This document shows positions 32,008 through 35,237 of a DNA stretch of 35,237 bases, one piece after another. The DNA comes from an uncultured Solirubrobacterales bacterium. GTDB lineage: Bacteria > Actinomycetota > Thermoleophilia > Solirubrobacterales > Solirubrobacteraceae. Position numbers and translations under genes: made by a program. Under the pieces are notes generated by a model that did no database searches, was not told where the DNA came from, and worked only from the letters and a program-made list of their open reading frames with translations. Where the stretch lies: the NCBI GenBank assembly GCA_903953065.1, contig CAJBIG010000075.1, positions 1 to 35,237 of the forward strand. Direction: 5' to 3'. The first letter of the stretch is position 1, and the number at the start of each line of letters is the position of its first letter.

Positions 32008-34134
32008 GTGGATAAGAGCCCTCGCGGACTAGGCGACGGCGCGCCGTTGAATCACGAGCAGCTGATCGGCGCTCCGCTCCGCTGGCCTTCTGAGAAGGCG
32101 CTCGCCCAGCGGCCAAAGTTTGGCGGCCGCAAGGCTGAAGAGGGAGCAGAGCATCTTGGCCTGACAACTGTTGGGGCGCTGCTTGAGCACCTGCCACGTG
32201 ACCGCCGTGAAGCGCGCACGGTCGCCGCGCTCGTGCCGGGAGAGCAGGCAACCGTCGTCGTCGAAGTCCGTTCGATCAGCTCGCGGCCTGTCCGCCGGCG
32301 CGGCATGCGGCCGCTGGTCGAAGCGCTTGTCTTCGACGAAACGGGCCCGCTTCAAGTCACCTTTTTCAACCAGCCCTGGCTCGTGAAGAAGTACCCGCCA
32401 GGAACAAGGCTTGTGCTGCACGGCAGCTACGAGGCGCGGAACCGCTTCCGCGTCAGCTCGCACGCCCCAACCGCCGACGAGATCGGCGCCGGCGATGACG
32501 TCGCTCACTATCCCGCCGCAGACGGCCTCTCGTCGACGCAGATTCTGGCTGTCGTTCGTGAGCACCTTGATGCTGCGCGGCTGGCCCCCGACCCGCTGCC
32601 GGGTCGGCTGCGCGCGCGTCATCGCTTGCCCGACATGCCGTCGGCGCTCTTGGCCGGTCACGCCGGGCAGCTCGAACCCGCGCGCCAGCGACTCGCGTTC
32701 GATGAGCTGCTTTACGTACAGCTCGATCTCTTGCGCCGCCGCGCCCGCCGCGCAGAAGAGGTCAAAGCGCCTCAGCTTCCAGAGGCCGTTGCGGCCGGGG
32801 AAGTAGATCTGGTCAACGAGTGGATTACGCAGCAGCTCCCGTTCGAGCTGACCGGAGACCAAGAGCGCGCCGTGGCTGTTGTGCTGGGCGACATTGCGCG
32901 GGGGCACCCGATGCAGCGCCTGCTGATGGGGGAGGTCGGCTCCGGAAAGACGGTCGTTGCGCTGGCGGCGATGTTGCGCGCAGTCGCCAACGGGTACCAA
33001 GCCGCGCTGATGGCGCCAACTGAGACGCTTGCCAACCAGCACTTCGCCACGCTAGCGGAGCTGATGCCAGGGCGGGCCGTTCCGATTGCACTGCTGACCG
33101 GATCAACGCCCGCCGCAAGGCGTCGCGATCTGCTGGGCAAGTTGGACTCAGGTGAGCTCGGGATCATCGTTGGAACCCACGCCCTGATCGAAGACGACGT
33201 CCTCTTCAAAAGGCTTGCCGTTGTTGTTGTCGATGAGCAGCACCGCTTTGGCGTCCGTCAGAGGACCGCGCTCGACGCGAAGGCCGCCGGTGGCGCTGCC
33301 CCGCACGTGCTTCACATGACGGCGACGCCGATTCCGCGGACGCTTGCACTGCTTGGCTATGGCGATCTCGATGTAACAGAGCTCCGCGAACTGCCGAAAG
33401 GGCGCCAGCCGATCGCGACCCACCTTGCCTCCGGGGAGCGCGACCGCGCCCGGGCTTATGAACGGATCCGCGAGGAGCTGCGAGAGGGCCGCCAGGCCTA
33501 CGTTGTTTGCCCTCTGGTGGAGGAATCCGAGGCGCTCGCTGCGCGCGCGGCGAGCGCCGAGTACGAACGGCTCAGCGCCGACGAGTTTGCCGATTTCAGC
33601 GTTGCGCTGATCCACGGCCAGATGCCATCGGCGCAGAAAGCCGAAGCGATGCGCAGTTTCAAAGCCGGTGAGGTCGACGTACTCGTCGCGACAACGGTGA
33701 TCGAGGTCGGGGTCGATGTTCCAAACGCGACCGTGATGCTCATCGAGAACGCCGAGCGTTACGGCCTCTCCCAGCTGCATCAGCTGCGTGGGCGCATCGG
33801 CCGCGGAGAGCACGCATCGGTCTGTATCTGCTTTGGGCCGAAAGAATCAGAACGGCTGGCAGCTTTCTCTACCTGGAACGACGGCTTCAAGTTGGCCGAG
33901 GTCGATCTGCAGATTCGCGGGGAAGGCGAGCTGACCGGCACCCGCCAGTCGGGCATGGCGGCATTTCGGTTCGCCTCGATGCCGGAAGACGGAGAGCTGT
34001 TGGAGCGCGCCAGGCTCAGCGCCCGCGACATCCTCGAAGCTGACCCTGAGTTGAAACTTGCTGAGCACGTACCGCTGCGCGAGGCGATGGAGCGGGCGAG
34101 AGGGTCGTTGCTGGCGGCAACGATTCCAGCCTGA
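32008..34134 (+). CDS. recG: ATP-dependent DNA helicase RecG
   Basis: 708 aa. Wedge/OB N-terminal region, Walker A GEVGSGKT, DEQHRFGV and QLRGRIGRG motifs. Confidence 0.93.
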   Translation: MDKSPRGLGDGAPLNHEQLIGAPLRWPSEKALAQRPKFGGRKAEEGAEHLGLTTVGALLEHLPRDRREARTVAALVPGEQATVVVEVRSISSRPVRRRGMRPLVEALVFDETGPLQVTFFNQPWLVKKYPPGTRLVLHGSYEARNRFRVSSHAPTADEIGAGDDVAHYPAADGLSSTQILAVVREHLDAARLAPDPLPGRLRARHRLPDMPSALLAGHAGQLEPARQRLAFDELLYVQLDLLRRRARRAEEVKAPQLPEAVAAGEVDLVNEWITQQLPFELTGDQERAVAVVLGDIARGHPMQRLLMGEVGSGKTVVALAAMLRAVANGYQAALMAPTETLANQHFATLAELMPGRAVPIALLTGSTPAARRRDLLGKLDSGELGIIVGTHALIEDDVLFKRLAVVVVDEQHRFGVRQRTALDAKAAGGAAPHVLHMTATPIPRTLALLGYGDLDVTELRELPKGRQPIATHLASGERDRARAYERIREELREGRQAYVVCPLVEESEALAARAASAEYERLSADEFADFSVALIHGQMPSAQKAEAMRSFKAGEVDVLVATTVIEVGVDVPNATVMLIENAERYGLSQLHQLRGRIGRGEHASVCICFGPKESERLAAFSTWNDGFKLAEVDLQIRGEGELTGTRQSGMAAFRFASMPEDGELLERARLSARDILEADPELKLAEHVPLREAMERARGSLLAATIPA

Positions 34135-34673
34135 TGCGCGTCGTTGCCGGAACGCTCGGCGGTCGCAAGCTTCAGTCGCCTCCGAGCTCCGTAACGCGCC
34201 CAACCAGCGACCGCGTGCGCGAATCACTCTTCGCAACGCTCGGCCCGATCGAAGGGCTTGCCGTCCTCGATCTCTTCGCCGGTTCGGGCGCGCTGGCTAT
34301 CGAGGCGCTCTCACGTGGCGCGGCAAGTGCAGTCTTGGTTGAGCGGGACCGCGGCGCATCGAAGGTGATCGCTGCGAACCTCGCTTCGCTCGGGCTCACC
34401 GAGCCGCAGGTGCGACTAATTCGCGGCAATGCGCAGAAGGCGCTGGAGCAGGCAGCCAAGGCTGCTGAGGAATACGATCTAATCTTTCTGGACCCTCCGT
34501 ACCGTCAGCCTGCGATGCTTGGCAACGATGCTGCGAAGCTGATTGGGACAATTCTCGCGCCAGATGCGAGAGTGGTGACCGAAAGCGACCGGCGTCAGCC
34601 GTTTGAACTTGAACTACCGATGATCGACGAACGTCGCTACGGCGACACCCTGATACGAATCCACAAACGATGA
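34134..34673 (+). CDS. rsmD: 16S rRNA (guanine966-N2)-methyltransferase RsmD
   Basis: 179 aa. RPTSDRVRESLF, DLFAGSGALAIEALSRGA and FLDPPY motifs. The start overlaps the recG stop (TGATG). Confidence 0.88.
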   Translation: MRVVAGTLGGRKLQSPPSSVTRPTSDRVRESLFATLGPIEGLAVLDLFAGSGALAIEALSRGAASAVLVERDRGASKVIAANLASLGLTEPQVRLIRGNAQKALEQAAKAAEEYDLIFLDPPYRQPAMLGNDAAKLIGTILAPDARVVTESDRRQPFELELPMIDERRYGDTLIRIHKR

Positions 34674-35167
34674 CCAACTCCAAGAAGATCGCAGTCTGCC
34701 CAGGCTCCTATGACCCGATCACTCGCGGCCACGTCGACGTGATCGCGCGTGCCGCGGAGGTCTTCGACGAGGTCGTTGTCGCTGTCGTCAATCATCCGGT
34801 GCGCAAAGGGTCAACGCTGTTCAGCGTTGAAGAACGGCTCGGCTTTATCGAAGATGCGACGGCCGCACTTTCAAATGTTCGCGCCGCTCCCTTCGACACG
34901 CTGATCGTCGATTTCGCTCGCGAGATCGGCGCAAAGACGATCGTCAAGGGCCTGCGAGCGATTTCAGACTTCGAATACGAAACTGAAATGAATCAGCTCA
35001 ATCGCCAGCAGGCGCCTGATGTAGAGTCGCTTTACATGATGGCCAGCCCACAGTTCAGTTTCATCAGCTCAAGCGGAATCAAGGAACTGGCGATCTTTGG
35101 TGGAACAATTGACGAGCTGGTCACACCAAAAGTTGCAGCCCGACTGAAGGAAGAACTCGCTCGCTAG
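34670..35167 (+). CDS. coaD: Phosphopantetheine adenylyltransferase
   Basis: 165 aa. AVCPGSYDPITRGHVDVI (T/HxGH motif) and ISSSGIKE. ATGA overlap with rsmD. Confidence 0.95.
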   Translation: MTNSKKIAVCPGSYDPITRGHVDVIARAAEVFDEVVVAVVNHPVRKGSTLFSVEERLGFIEDATAALSNVRAAPFDTLIVDFAREIGAKTIVKGLRAISDFEYETEMNQLNRQQAPDVESLYMMASPQFSFISSSGIKELAIFGGTIDELVTPKVAARLKEELAR

Positions 35168-35183
35168 CGAAAGGCACCGTGCT

Positions 35184-35237
35184 ATGGACGTTCTCGTACT
35201 AATCGACAAACTTGATGACCTGATCCACAACGCCAAG
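35184..35237 (+). CDS. 5' end (18 codons) of an unidentified ORF running off the window
   Basis: ATG 35184 followed by an open frame, MDVLVLIDKLDDLIHNAK.... The fragment is too short to assign. It looks like an amphipathic helix of the kind seen at the N-termini of some actinobacterial coiled-coil/DivIVA-like proteins, but that is only an impression. Confidence 0.3.
   Translation, partial: MDVLVLIDKLDDLIHNAK

Noticed and set aside
1-35237. CRISPR arrays, tandem repeats, rRNA/tRNA genes, and defence, toxin-antitoxin or prophage genes.
   Set aside because: I scanned the few intergenic gaps (all 65 bp or shorter except 2502-2704, 24649-24753 and 29731-30120) and the ORF translations. No repeat-spacer structure, cloverleaf-sized conserved RNA or defence-type domain was seen. 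A proper tRNAscan/Infernal/repeat search was not possible here.

Overview
This 35.2-kb window is high-GC (roughly 60-65% by eye) and extremely gene-dense. It looks like core chromosome from an Actinomycetota-like organism, though the taxon is inferred from gene order only and was not verified.

I support about 38 protein-coding genes, 33 of them on the + strand. Many are joined by ATGA/GTGA/TTGA start-stop overlaps. In order:
- End of the dcw cluster: murG (3' fragment), murC, ftsQ, ftsZ.
- An orphan gcvH, trpS and an MFS transporter.
- scpA-scpB, rlmN (- strand) and an RluB/RsuA-type pseudouridine synthase.
- A compact aromatic block: AroH chorismate mutase, DAHP synthase, tyrA, aroA.
- cmk-der, metK and a bPH_2 membrane protein (- strand).
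- priA-def-fmt, a small 4xCxxC zinc-ribbon ORF and rpe.
- A ~4.6-kb envelope-glycosylation module: a GT2 -> SAM methyltransferase -> MOP flippase operon on the - strand, divergent from a GT-C-like polytopic protein.
- ribD-ribE-ribBA-ribH, a small membrane/disordered ORF, rpmB, a DAK2/YloV-like protein, recG, rsmD, coaD and the first 18 codons of another ORF.

I saw no rRNA, tRNA, CRISPR array, transposase, integrase, or recognisable defence or toxin-antitoxin genes.

The window is mostly ordinary housekeeping DNA. The items most worth a second look are:
- The glycosylation module wedged between rpe and ribD.
- The zinc-ribbon ORF sitting where rsmB normally lies.
- A perfect 20-bp palindrome between ribH and rpmB.
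- The unusually AT-rich 203-bp ftsQ-ftsZ spacer.
- Several convergent or divergent gene junctions with zero or negative spacing.

All functional calls come from motif recognition in the supplied translations, and no database search was run.
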